A stretch of DNA of 63,008 nt, filler included, from Hyphochytrium catenoides (GCA_900088475.1; 9 parts of 9 records of this genome joined end to end with filler, not necessarily neighbours in it), one strand, 5' to 3'. Positions 37,236 to 50,186 are shown, counted from the whole stretch's first letter. Numbers and translations are program-made. Notes: generated by a model from the sequence alone, not told the origin.

Positions 37236-40200
37236 ATGTTGACTCGTGTTATTCAAAGTGCAAGGTGCACGTGCCACCTCGCTCCTGTGGCCCGAGGACT
37301 GCAACATCGGTCGAAGAGCTCGTGGGAAGGTATGCACCTGTGGACAGGTGTAAGTGGTACTAGTCTCTTATCTCTGAGACTAACATTGGATTCGGGTTGA
37401 GCAGGGCATCGAAGCCATAGCCGAAGAAACCTCACAGCTCTTGGAGGATCACTTGCACTAGCAGCGGCAGCCCTGCAAGTGTGCTACTCATCAAGTACCG
37501 ATGTTGCCGTGGCCGAAGAGGAGCCGCCGCCAGGTCCAAAGGTCAGAGAGAGCGAGATTCGGTGCTTTCAGCAGTATTTAGACATACATTTTTCCTGTTC
37601 TGCAGTTGGCTCGTCGCAACTCTATGAGAAGGCAAAAGCGGCATTATCCTTACGTCATTGTGGGCGCTGGGACGACAGCGCATGCTGCGATTGAAGCTAT
37701 CCGTCAGGCAGATCCCGATGCAGACATTCTAATCCTGAGTGACGAATCTGTAAGTTACTCTTAGAACAGAAATATTGGAACTCCAATGGCGTTCTCGTTA
37801 ACTCGCCCAACTCCGTTGTCATCTCCATCTTAATCCCTTTCTAGTTGCCTGTTGGTCTCATCACCTCTTGCTTGTCGATTGCACCATTTGCAGTCGCTCC
37901 CACGTAGCGATCTGGTGGATGTCGAAGAGGAAGATCCAATCTGCGATGAAGTGATGGACACGTACAATGAATGGCGACGCCACGTCACTTCAAAGCTTGA
38001 GGCAGAGCCAGACGCATACAGGTGGACAGCCCTTGTGGCTCTGGCAGATCCTCACTCGTCCCATAATCTTCCTAAAACTGACATGTGCCGTTTTCTTGAC
38101 CTAACTGTGCCCCTTTGGCATTCTTGCGCCTCCTTTCTCTGTCTGTGGCTGACTCGTAGTTCTGGTCCGGTAACTCTGTCTCTTGGTCGGCGAGACATTC
38201 ACTTCGACGTGGAGAATAACCAGATTCTACTTCAAGACGGGACGGAGATTCACTATGATAAATGCCTCATCGCATCTGCCGGGAAGGTGGGATCCAAACG
38301 GCTTAAGAGCTCTGTTTGGCGTGTCCGCTACGCTTTGTGAGATGGTCTCTAAGTCGTCCTTCTTTATTTGCTCATATTCTAGCCTCGGAACTTCTACGTC
38401 TTGGACTCGAACAAGATCTCATACGCCCTGAAAGACAACCTAAACCCCCTAAACACGCTGCAAGACTTCCAGGACCTGAATGCCATCAGCAAACGCTCTG
38501 ACATCCAAAGCGTTACGGTCGTAGGAGGCGGTTTCTTGGGCACAGAGGTCTTGCAAGCTTACCACTCTTTCGCGTCTTAGGTCCCGCGTATCCATATCTC
38601 TGCGCACTTTTCGTGGGTCCTGTCCATGCGCTTAACCTCCGCCGATCTGTTTCAGACTTGATTACGATACATAGAGTCCCGCTTTTGCCCTTATAGATTC
38701 TTCGCTACAAGCTACCGCCCTGGACCTTTAAACTCTCGCTTCGTCCCTGGCTTTTCTAGGCACTTCCCTCACTGGCTTATTCAATTGACCCTAAGCAAGA
38801 CTCATCTCCTCGCAGGTTGCCGCCACGCTCGCGACCAACCGCCAGTTTCGCTCCAGAGACTTGAAGGTGCATCAGGTCCGAACGCTTTCTTCCTTGATCT
38901 CTACTTCTACCTATAATGTGCGCCTATTTCTTGAACTCTTCCTGCACTACCGCTGCCTATAGCACAACTTCCGCCACCGTCTGCGTCCGTAACCTCTGGA
39001 AGTCCTTCAGCCGACTGACGGGCAGTCCGCAGGTCTTCGTGGAGAGTGCTCCACTTTCCCGTTATCTTCCTCCCTACCTCAGCCGCTTCGTCACCAAGAA
39101 GCTACGAGGCGCAGGCGTGAACCTTATCTCGGACCGAGTAGTGACAGGTATGGGAGAAGGACGACTTGATTTGGCGGCTTCCAGCGTTTCCAGTCGCCTT
39201 AACGTATGACCGCTCATTGGCAGGCATCAAGAAGAGTGGTGGGTATGAAAGCAATGACGTGGTTATCAGCCTGCTGGGCTATGAAAAGGAGAAGCTGGAT
39301 ACCAACTATGTGGTGCTTGCGTCCACGCACATAGACCCTAAAGGTGGGACCTGGTTGGAGATCTCTATTCTGAGTCTTTTATCTACCGTAGGCTTGAAGG
39401 AAGCTCTTCTCCTTCTGTCTAGCACTCACCTTCTTTCTTCTCTTGCCGCAGTATAGTCCTACCTAGCTTCAGTGTCGCCTCACCGTCTTAGCGCTTGATG
39501 CCACTCCGTTTTGCTCTGTTGCTTTGCCTTCTTGCAGTGCGAGTAGCTCGGGACAGTGGGCTCGAGATTGACAAAGAAAATGGAGGAATAGTCGTGAATG
39601 CACAGCTAGAAGCCATGTCCGGGCTTTACGTCGCTGGAAACGCCGCGAGCTACTATGATCCCGCCCTGGGAAGGAGGAGAGTGGATATGTAAGGCATGAG
39701 CAGATAGTAGAATGGAGCTAGGGAGCCTTTTCTGGGGTCTCAGAGGGCTTTGAGTTCTAGATCTTGCAGCATTTATCTCTTTGTATATGCGTGTCTAAAC
39801 GTTGTTCTTCTCGGCTTTGATCTCCGCTTGAGTCGAATGACGACTGCACTCCCTGGCAATTGACAACGGCTCTATCTAGGTATGATCATGCTGTGAACTC
39901 TGGTCTGCAAGCCGGTCAGAACATGGTGGCGGGAGTTGGGAAGTCCAAGATGTACACGCACCAGCCGATGTTCAGAAGCAACATGGGAGGCATTGGAATC
40001 CTCGTGGAAGGTAAGAGAAAACATTGGATGGAGACTACCAGCCATAGTGGCCGCACCACTGGGGTGCCTTTACTTAGGCTCTCTGCAAACATAGAGAAAG
40101 TAGAGGGCAGGGTCTGGAAGCGGCGATGGCTTCTTAGTTCTAGACAGTGACCCGTCTCTCTTTTGCCTTGAAGGCGTGGGCCAGATAGATTCCAACCTGA

Positions 40201-40584
40201 AGACAGTTGGCGTCTTCCTCGCCAATCGGAACGAAATGACCGGCCGGGCAAATGAGAGGACAAGAGACTCAGAGTTCAATCGCGGAATTGTCTATTATCT
40301 CAAGGGCACAAAGGTATATGGCTCTGACGCCTTTGTTTCTTGGGAGCCACAGGGTCCTCTGTCTAGCTGCTGCATCTCTTTATAGGGTCTCTTTCCATGT
40401 TCAAAACCTTCCGGCTAAGTACTTCTGGTTGTAGATCGTGGGCATTCTCCTATGGAACGCGAGTGATGCCTTGGAGCGTGCCAGAATGCTGATCAACCAG
40501 CAGCCCCCCGTACAAAGTCCTGAAGATCTGCGTTCGATGATCTCCCTGGCGCCAGATAACTGGCTGGATGTCATAGTATCCTAG
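37236..40584 (+). CDS. AIFM1: Mitochondrial apoptosis-inducing factor (AIFM1-like flavoprotein), multi-exon
   Basis: Presequence plus hydrophobic anchor; YPYVIVGAGTTAHAA, YDKCLIASAGKP, VVGGGFLGTE, SGLEIDKENGGIVVNAQL, LGRRRV..YDHAVNSG, RGIVYYL, IVGILLWN. Confidence 0.9.
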
Positions 40585-41770
40585 AGAGTTAGCTGAATAT
40601 CTATCTCGAGGTATCAAAGTAAACAAAGAACACAAAGCATTTGGGGTTCTTCTCCTTTTCATTCTGGCTCTTCCTTCTAGAGTAGGCAGCACTCAGGTGG
40701 CACCCAACCCAGGCCACAGTCGGTGTAGGTGGGAGTTGTCAGAAAAGGATCCCGAGAAGCTCTTGCCAGAGCTCATTTCTTTGCGAGCTCCCTGTGCGGA
40801 ACATCACAAGGTATTTATAGAGGTTGGGCTCGAATACCGAGAGTTCCAGAGTGTCGCCCCCCATCTCAGGCAAGAGATACTTCGATTTGTCCTGTGAAAA
40901 AGATTGGAATGACGACCAAGATGGAGCTAGGGTGCCGCCTTGTCCTTCACCACTACGAGGACGCTTACAAAGACTGGAGTGACTACTCCTCGATGACCTC
41001 AGTCTGCAGAGCGCAGCTTTAGGAATTCTTCTGGCTGAAGATAAAAGAAAGCTACAGTCGATGCTTCTCTACTACGATGACTACATAACAACGAGTTGAA
41101 CAGAAAGTATATGATTGACTATTTGGCTTAGTATCACTGGATTGACGTTCGTGCACCTAAGGTGACCCCCGATAGCTTTGGCTGCGAGGCAAACGGAACC
41201 GTTTTGAGCTCACTATACCGGAGTCAACGTCGCTATTACCGATGGTGGAGCAGCAGGACCACGAAGAGGCCAAAGCCCAACTCACGCCGTACAAACCCCT
41301 AACAAAGGCAGAAGAGGTGCAACGTCTGGCTTTGTGACCTAATCTATCCGGGCAAAATGCAGCTTTTGCTGATGCCAATGTGTGCTTGGGACCTCTTTCC
41401 CTCATGGCCTGATCACGGACTACAACGCTGTGAAATTATTTGGCTGCAAGATAGCTCATCATGCATGTCCGCTGGCTCTAGCTATGTAGATGCTAGCATG
41501 TGCCGATTGGAGCAGCTCATTTATAGCCATACGCAGGGACACTATAATGCTAGAAGGGCTAATCACAGTTGCCAGCTATGTAAGGATAAGGGGTAAATCA
41601 AGCAATGTTGACACGAGTGTAAGTGAGGATCAGACACTTCTACGTTTATTTGCAAGCTCGTGAGCCTGTGGACGAGGAGCAAGGTAGAAGCCTGGTCACA
41701 TTACTTATTTCGGCTACACTCTCGGGGTACTTAGAGCCCTAATCTCCTCCTCTTCCTGAGTGTGAGGTTC

Positions 41771-44532
41771 CTAGGGTGCTCCTGCCATTTGTGACTCTCT
41801 AGCGTTGGGGAAGATGCCGGAAGAGATCAGAGTTGCTCCCTCTCGCCCGGTATTAGGAGGGGACGTAGCTGAAGGCACAGCAGGCGTTCCTAGAGGATCA
41901 TAGCCCGTCCGGGAATCCCCCGTTGTGGAGCCTGCAGTAGACGAATGGTGGCAGCAAGCAGGGGGTCAGACCGAGGACAAGAAGGTGGAAGGACAACAAA
42001 CAATTGCTACGAGAGAGAAGGAGCCCATTCAAGGAAAAGAAGTGCAGTTTCGCCGACCTTTGCGTGCCTGCTGCTGTTTCTTGGCTTGAAAGATGGCGAA
42101 GGCGATGAGAACGAAGAAGGCAATAGCCGCAATCACGATGGCGACCACGCTAAAAGGAGACATTCCGCCATCATCTGGAGCAGGCGAGAGAGATGAAGAG
42201 CGAAACAGGAAGGAAGGTTAGTCAATGAAACCGAAGTGGAAGTACGAGGTGGGAGGCAAAGTGCTAAGCCGCCACAATCAAGAACCTTCAGGTAGAGTGC
42301 GGAACAGTAGCAGCTCCAAGTTCAATACCTGCGCCCTCTGCTTGAAGGCTGGAGGACTGCCCGCTGCCTTGGTTCTGAGCAGCGGATCCGCCACTGGCCC
42401 CTCCCTGTGTCTTACCAGAGGAGGGTGAGCTCCCCTTGGAAGGATTCGAAGTTGAGGTGTTGGGGCTGATGGTTGGAGGAGCCGAAGTCGGATACTTTGT
42501 GCAGTCTAGCGGTTCCTGCGAGAAGAGGATAGCATTGAGAGGTGTCAGCAAAGTAAAGATTGGCATACGTCAGAGGAGACTGTACCTCAAACCAGGGCTT
42601 GATAGTTCGGTTGGCATAGTAGACGCCCCAGTGAGCCTCTGGTCCGTCCTTCTCGCCCGACTCTGTCAACTTCCACGCCTCATCAAAGGCGGCGAACCAG
42701 AAGTAATCCCATCCACGGCTGCCAATCTTGCACCCAAACTCTTGGTAGTAGTGCTGCGAGGTGGCAGGTCAGATGAGAGACATCCAATATATAAATGCCC
42801 GCACACACAGAGACACCAGAGAGAGACAGAGAGACAGAGAGGGAGAGCCACCGAGAGAAAGAGCTTAAGCTCTAGTAGCAGATAAGTGAACAGCCAGAAC
42901 GGAGGGCAATAAAGCGTACCAAGGTAAGAGAAAATGGCCGAGCAGATCTTCAAGAAATTAGTAGCCAAGGGATCTAGGGCGAGAGATTGGAGAAGAAGAA
43001 GACACACCAATAGGGCAGCGGACAAGAAGAAAAACTGAGCTCATCCCTCTTTCTATCTCACCTTCTGTGCTTCTGGCGTGGTGACAGCAGCAGGCTCAAA
43101 GGTGCCACCATTGTCTGGCCAACCAGTCTCTCCAATCAGGAACTTCTTGCCATTCGTAGCAGTAGTGGCGCCTGCCACAGAAGACATTCTGCCAATAAAA
43201 TAGTCCATTCCGCTTTCAGGAGCGATCCCCTCCCAGTACGGGAAGCCATTTGCAGAGACAATGTCAACCTAAAGAGCAAGAGTCAGATGGTGAAAGACCA
43301 ATTCGTAGCATCGAAGGGCGATAAAGCTTGCGTCTGAAGATGGACACAAGCAAGAGACTGCCAAGGAAATGGAGAAAGGAAGAGAGTGGTGTGCTACTTA
43401 CTGCGTCTATAAGTGGCTTAAGGTCTGCGCGGACGAGAACGTCGCCAATGTCTGTGCAGGTGACCAAGATATTGATTCCTGCACCTTGGAGTACGCTCTT
43501 GACAGTCTTGACATACTCTGCAGCCTAGGAAGGGAGAGGATAAGCGAAACATGAGAAAACACTTTTCCAGGGGAAAGTAGCTGTGCAGGAGTGGAAGGCA
43601 ATGTACTAAGAGGGAAGAGGATCTTCTAGGGGAGGGAAGATGGAAGAGATATATCAGTAAAGTGACTTCCTCTCTCACCTGGTCTGCCGTGATCTCTTTT
43701 CTATAGATGGCCTCACTTCCAACTTGGATGCCAATGACGTTCTTGAAGTCAATGCCGAGAGACTTCTGGTTCTCTATAAGGTTCTTTAGATAGTTAAGCT
43801 CGGTTTGGAACACCGCTGGGTCCTGGTTGACCCACATGCCCAGCCAGAGAGGGAGGCCCGCCTTAGGCGCGGCTGCAGGAAGATAGAGAAATGGCTGAGG
43901 TTAAGGAAAAGAACCAACCTAATGGGAGGACACCCACGGAGACAGAACGTTCGGTGCAGGAGAGTGGATAAGGAGATAAGCGAGATAGGAGGAACACCAT
44001 GGACAGTAAACATTGAAAGGATGGAGAGAGAGAGAGAGGCTGTGCATTGACCGTGAGGTAGAGCAGCGAACGCTAGACGTAAGCGGCGAAGAAGAGTCCC
44101 AGCACTAGAGGAAAAGAAGATTGAGAAGCCCGGCTGTGCAGGCCAATTCTGGAAGCAGCACGCGCGCGCGAGAGAGAAAGAGAACAGACAGAATAGGCTG
44201 CTTTGGCTGCCTGTCAAGCACCAGCTGTGCTTCAAGTTGCTGAGAGATGGAGACAACATGGACGACAATTCCTTCCGCGCACCTTTGAGCATCATTAGAC
44301 CTGACTCGCAGTCGACCAGCGAGTAAATGCGCACTCTCTGAGCGATTTTGGCCACCAAAGCCAAGTCATAGTCCAGCTCCGCTTCAGAGGAGCAGCCTGC
44401 GGCACCCATCCATGTCGGCTGTCGCCGTGCATTATAGTTGATTCCCCAGAACTTGTAGGCAATTTCTGCTGAGGCCATCGACGAGGAGACAACAAGCGCT
44501 AGGCTCAGCGCGAGGGCTTTGAGGCCTATCAT
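41771..44532 (-). CDS. GH17 beta-1,3-glucanase/transglucosylase with C-terminal transmembrane helix
   Basis: Signal peptide, FWGINY, RVRIYSLVDC, GIQVGSEAIYR, ANGFPYWEG, IGETGWP, EAHWGVY, S/T-rich stalk, TM VVAIVIAAIAFFVLIAFAIF and a short cytosolic tail ending TAG. Confidence 0.92.
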
Positions 44533-44885
44533 CGTGTCCAAGCGCTCTTTTACACTGCCGTAGGGAGAGGAAAGAGGTTCTGATTATGACCGTTTGTACA
44601 ACGGAACTGCCTAACTTTGGGATGGATGAGAATGGAAGAATGAAGAGCCAGCGCCGGATCGGTTGCCTAGCGAGGCAAGGCAGAGTTCCTTGCGCATTCT
44701 CTGCATCACACCGTGGCTAACCTCTTTCTTGTGGCTATTGCGGAGTATCTGGGTCCGCAGGAAGTTGTCCAGGAGTGAGAAAGGACCAAACACAGGTGTC
44801 AGAGGTGGGATGAGGGTGCACCAGCGCGCCATAAAGAGCGAAAGAGAGAGAGGGAGAGAGAGAGAGAGGGGGGGGAGAGAGAGAG

Positions 44886-44985
44886 NNNNNNNNNNNNNNN
44901 NNNNNNNNNNNNNNNNNNNNNNNNNNNNNTTAATTAATTAANNNNNNNNNNNNNNNNNNNNNNNNNNNNNNNNNNNNNNNNNNNN
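44886..44985. other. Artificial contig linker
   Basis: Same 100-nt spacer. Confidence 0.97.
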
Positions 44986-45909
44986 GTGAGGAGACCACAT
45001 GGAACACGTCGGTTCAAGAAAGGAGGAGCTCAGATAGACAGGGCGCAAGTAGAAACGAGGATCACCGACTTTGGCTGTGGAACCGTAGCCAGCGAAGGCC
45101 GCTGGTCTAAGAGTAAACGTGGAGTCATCAGCATGATCGTTTGAAATAATCCTCATCTTGCTGGCTTTCTTCTCAACTGTACCTGCTTCTCTCTCAGCAT
45201 TATAAATAAGTGATGACAAAGAAAGATCTTCTTCGCAGCAGGTAGACCACCACCATCTCTGCTGCCGGTTTTCATTCTTTTTGTCTGTCAGAGATTGGTA
45301 TACTCCTCTGTCCAGTGCTCACTCTTCATACAGCTTGCTCGCCACCACCCTATTTCTTAGTCGACTACTCTCCTCCTGGTGCTTTCAAGTGTAGCAGTCA
45401 TTTTACGAAGCTGATGCTGAATCTTTTTTCTTAGGACTGTCTCAGATCGGTCCCTCTCTTTTGGGGTTTGTCTACAATTAGTCGTTCGAGAAGAAGAAAG
45501 AAGGAACCCCTTTTGGTGATTGATAGAAATAGGAGTTGAAACGACAGGTTGGTTCTTCACGCGGATGATGCTGAACTGTGTCGTCTCTTAGTGACATTCG
45601 TTCCTTCCTTACGCCTTGTGTCGTTCAACAACCAGCCTTTGGGCTCCTGCGATTTCGCTGATGCCTTGAACAGCTGACGATAACAAAGTTACTGGCCTGT
45701 GAGTTTTGCCGCTAGCAGAAAGACTATGGCGCCCTCCTGGCCCAAGCAACCTCCTGTCATCACCTGCTTCTTGCCTGGACTGCTATAGGCGCTACATGTA
45801 GCTACCATTAAACGCCATCAATGGTGCGCCGCTTATCACTTCTTCAAAGCTTGTGTGGAGACCACTTTATTATAGCTTATGGGAAAAACCCTCGTCTGCG
45901 GAGATTCAA

Positions 45910-48750
45910 TCAGATATCTGTTCGGCCTGAAGCTCTGATAAGGCCGGCGAGGCTTGTGTTGAAATCATTCGCTTCCAGTAAGGATTCAAGGTTCAGATGA
46001 AAGCGGTAACGCCAGTAGTGGTCAGGGGTCTTTTGGGGATCGTTAATCTGCTCCGTAGCAGGATCTTGTCTCCTTAGTTGTGCATCCATCCCCACAAGAT
46101 CCTCCAGCGGAAATATCGAGAGCATACATGGTGCGTATAGGTGTTGAGCGATAATTTCCTTGACAACATGCGGCTCACAAGTCTTGGGGGCGCATCCATG
46201 GTGGCCAAGAATAGACGTATAAAACTGCTGGCTTCTTTCTCTGTCTTGTTCCCACCATCCCCTGAGGGTAGACATGTCGTGTGATGATGTGGAAGCCACG
46301 CATAAGTAAGGGGTGTCTGCAGGGTGCCAGAACTCGGCCTTAGGGTCCGCAGGCATTCTTTGGATAGCCAATCGAAGAATGTTTAGGTATTCCAGGACGT
46401 GGGGCACGCATTCTGGGACCATACCAAGGTCTTCAGCGCACACCAACATCTCAGTTGCTTGCTTGATGACGGGAAGCTTGGTCAGGGCCTTGTTTTTCCA
46501 AAGTCCCTCCTGGTGTTTGTAGAAGTAGTCAATATACAAGTCCCATAGCCTGGCTTTGACGTTGTCATCCAGAGCCTCAAAAGACTTAGTCTTCTCAAGA
46601 CTGTGCCGAAAGTGGAATTCTCGCCCACCACTACCTTCTACCTCAAATAAGAGCACCTGGCAAATGGCAAAGAAGTCAGATCAATCAAGTAATGATGAGA
46701 AAAGGCTGAACCTTACCTCCGCGATAAGCGAGAATAGCCCTATACGCAGGCGCTCTCTGAAGGACTTGTCTTCCATGGACATGTCATCTTTGACTGCAAG
46801 AACTTCCTTTACTTGCGCTTGGGTCATCACCTCTGGCTTCAGCTCATAGATTCCAGGCTTAGTTTCCACCAAAAAAGTCTTTTTGGCGTACTCTGCTAGA
46901 TCACCGAAGCGTTCTGCCAGGAAGTAATCCCTAATGTATGGTTTGCAATAACGATGATAGTCGAAGTCTAGTCCTCGTTGATTGAACTCATCGATGTGGA
47001 TGGGGATGGCAGGGTTGAAAAAGCCCATAATGCCCTGGACTTGAGTAGTAGGAACCTGCCAGATACGGAAAAAGCCAAGAACATGATCTATTCTGTAGGC
47101 AGAAAAGTACTCCGCCATCTTTAGAAGTCGACTCCGCCGCCATCGATACCCATCTCTGGCCATTTCCTCCCAGTTGTACGTTGGCAGGTTCCAGTTTTGC
47201 CCGCTCTGGTCAAAAGCATCTGGAGGGGCACCGGCTACCATGTTCATGTTAAAAAGGTCTGGGTACATCCAAGCGTCAACGGAGTGACGGTAAATACCAG
47301 TAGGGATATCCCCTTTCAGCACAATGCCATTCTCCTTTGCGTATCTGCTGGCTTCCAGAAGCTGTTTGTGCAGGTGAAACTGAATGAAATAGTGAACGGC
47401 GATATCATGGTAATGGGCAGTGCTTGGATCAGCCAGGTCTCTCAGTTCCTCGTGCGACACGTTGCTGAACTTTCCCCATTCCTGGAAATCAGCTGTTCGG
47501 TATAGATCCCTGAAATATGAGAAGACTGCATATGGAAGTAACCACTCCTCGTTATCCTTGTAGAACTGACGATACTCCGAGTTCTCCAGGAAAGATTCCT
47601 TTGTCTGCTCATAGATGAGCTTAAGGAAGCGGCTTTTGAGCTTGTGAACGCCTTCGTAGTCGACACGTTGCATATCATTTAACCTCTGGCCACACTGCTC
47701 AATAAGCTTCTGCGTTACTTCCGCTTGCAGTGGGCCAAGTGCTTGGATGTTCATATACATCGGATGGAGCGCATAGACACTGATACTAGCATACGGGTAG
47801 GAGTCTTTCCAGGTATGCGTTGCGACGGTATCGTTGATAGGCAAGATTTGCACCACCTTCAAACCTACTTTACTGGCCCAGTCTACAAGAAGTTTGATAT
47901 CCAAAAAGTCTCCACATCCCAATGAGCTGGCTGTCCGAAGGGAAAAGACAGGGATAGCTACTCCAGCTCCTCGCCATGGCTGAGAAAAGCGGAATTGGTC
48001 ATCATTGATGATCGTCAGCACAGGACGCTTGGTCTGCTTTGTCCCATGATCCTTCGAGTTCTCTCCAGGAGAATTCAAACACATGGGCATACTTCGGTCA
48101 GGGCCCGTCTCCCACTCAACTTTGCCAGTAGCCATCTCCATCAGACCATACTTGTAGGTAATGCCTTCGCTGACTTTACTTGAGCTGAGCTCAACCTCGC
48201 CTTGCCAAAAGGGATGGCTCTTATTCTGTAAGGTGATTACCTTAGATGGACTCCAACAACCAAGCTCCGATATGCTGCCGCCTAGCACAAGCTTATGGGT
48301 TCGTCTAATGTGAGGACAAGGAAGTTGAAACCTGATGACCCTACCCCTAGGTTGACGAACCTGGGAAACGTCTGGCCTATCTTTGTTAGTAGGCTTGAAG
48401 AGTGCGTCAGTGAAGAAGGACGAGAAGAGGACATCCTCGGTAGCCTTGGGCGCTCGCCACCAATCAACCAGGTTCACCACTCCGTACTCGGATATGACGC
48501 GGGAGAAGATTCTCGTCTGCCCACCCTCGCACTGGTGGTTGGCAGAGTCTTCATATTTGATGGCGTACTTATACGTGAACTCCGCATCTGCCGGCAGCTC
48601 AATGCTTGAGGTCCACACATCTGGATAGGAAAAGCTTAAATCAATCGCCTCTTACCAGTCCCAGCTACCAAGCGTGGGATGAGAGCCACAGACTGCGATC
48701 CGTTGGCCCCATCGCGTACCGTACGTGATTTTGAAGTTAACAGTTACCAT
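45910..48750 (-). CDS. CBM20-CBM20-GH77 4-alpha-glucanotransferase (DPE2/MalQ-type); in-frame TAA at codon 33, possible pseudogene
   Basis: Two CBM20-like repeats, WRGAGVAIPVFSLR, DSYPY, GAPPDAF, catalytic RIDHVLGFFRIW / AEDLG / SSHD, and HYWRYR. One GT-AG intron (~46658-46716). TAA at 48654-48652. Confidence 0.93.
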
Positions 48751-49300
48751 CGTTGAAGCTGCGAGGCGAGAAGGTAGGGCACTTCTCAATGATTGTTGTT
48801 GTCGATACTAAGTCTTCTTGGGCTCGCTAAGTCTTCTCGTGCTCTCCTCATAGAAAGTTTGTCAGTGAAGGGTGAGACCGGCATCGGCACCACAAAGATC
48901 CCTGTGGCAACTGCCGCAACTGCACAGTGGTCACACCCGCTTGCCATAAGCATACAAACTGAAGCAAATACTGCATCGCTCTTGAAGAGCGGAAGAAGTA
49001 CGGAAGGAGTAACAGCCATAAGCAGCTGATGACCGCGAATGAGGACTACCCTTGCAGGGCCTCAAGGAGTACAAATGTGAGGGCTACATAATACCAGCAA
49101 GCAAATTTGTCGTGGTGGAGCTGCACACCTACACTGCTTTCCATCCGGACGACGAGAAATGTCATACGGCTAACCTTCAATCTTCCTCAGCATATACCAC
49201 CTGTCAACATCCCACGCTTCCCGGAGAGAGTGAACCCGTCTAACAACAACATCTTCAAGCCAACCAAGCAAACGGTGAGGTTGACAGCGAGATACAAGAT

Positions 49301-49400
49301 NNNNNNNNNNNNNNNNNNNNNNNNNNNNNNNNNNNNNNNNNNNNTTAATTAATTAANNNNNNNNNNNNNNNNNNNNNNNNNNNNNNNNNNNNNNNNNNNN
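49301..49400. other. Artificial contig linker
   Basis: Same 100-nt spacer. Confidence 0.97.
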
Positions 49401-50084
49401 ATTATTTCGGTAGGTTTCCTCAAATCGGACACTTATTTCCGAACAGAGGGAGTATCTCTTTCTCCCTCTTTTTCTTTCCTTTTATCCAGCGCTGCTCCGT
49501 TAGATCATCCACCGCATAGCTGCACAGTAAAGGAGCATTCTCAGCCGTCGAGAGCCTAAGAGACATAAATCTTTGCTCGGAGAAGAGAAGAAGAGAGAGA
49601 AGAGAGAGGACGCAAAAGAAGGTCCTGTAAGAGAAAGGCAGAGAAAGAGGGAGAGGAGGCAGCACGACGGAGATAAAGAATTGATAGTGGACGAAAGAGT
49701 GAAGGACTCATGCCAGCCACTGACATAGGCGGACTGGACTCAAAAGACACGGTGGGATGTCCCCATTCCTGTCTGTCTCTCTTCTCCACTTGCCTTCACA
49801 AATCCACTGTGCCTTGTATCGCTACAGAAGGAAGCTAAAGAAGAGAAGAAGAGGGACACGCACAAAGGGGAGAAGAGGGAGAGAAAGCGATGGAGAGAGA
49901 ATGGAGTATAGGATTCTTCCTCTCGGACCCAGAGACACGACCGAAGACAATAAAATGTTGCTAACGAAGGTGAACAAGTCCGAGTTTATCGCTTACTAAC
50001 CAGCAATGACCGCTTCACACTGTGAAGACGTCCTGGGAGTAGACTGGCGGAAGACAGACAGACCTGTGCCCATCGACACGCGCT

Positions 50085-50087
<3 letters not shown>

Positions 50088-50121
<34 letters not shown>

Positions 50122-50186
50122 CTCTCTCTTCCCTTCTCCCTCTCTCTCCGTCTCTCTCTCTCTCTCTGTCTCTCTCTCTCTCTCTC
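50088..50186. repeat. (CT)n microsatellite
   Basis: About 100 nt of interrupted CT repeat. Confidence 0.9.

Noticed and set aside
48652-48654. Genome-wide stop-codon reassignment (TAA as sense)
   Set aside because: TAA ends cytosolic AspRS, ADH and the chitinase at the expected C-termini, TAG and TGA also act as stops, and I found no other exon with an internal stop.
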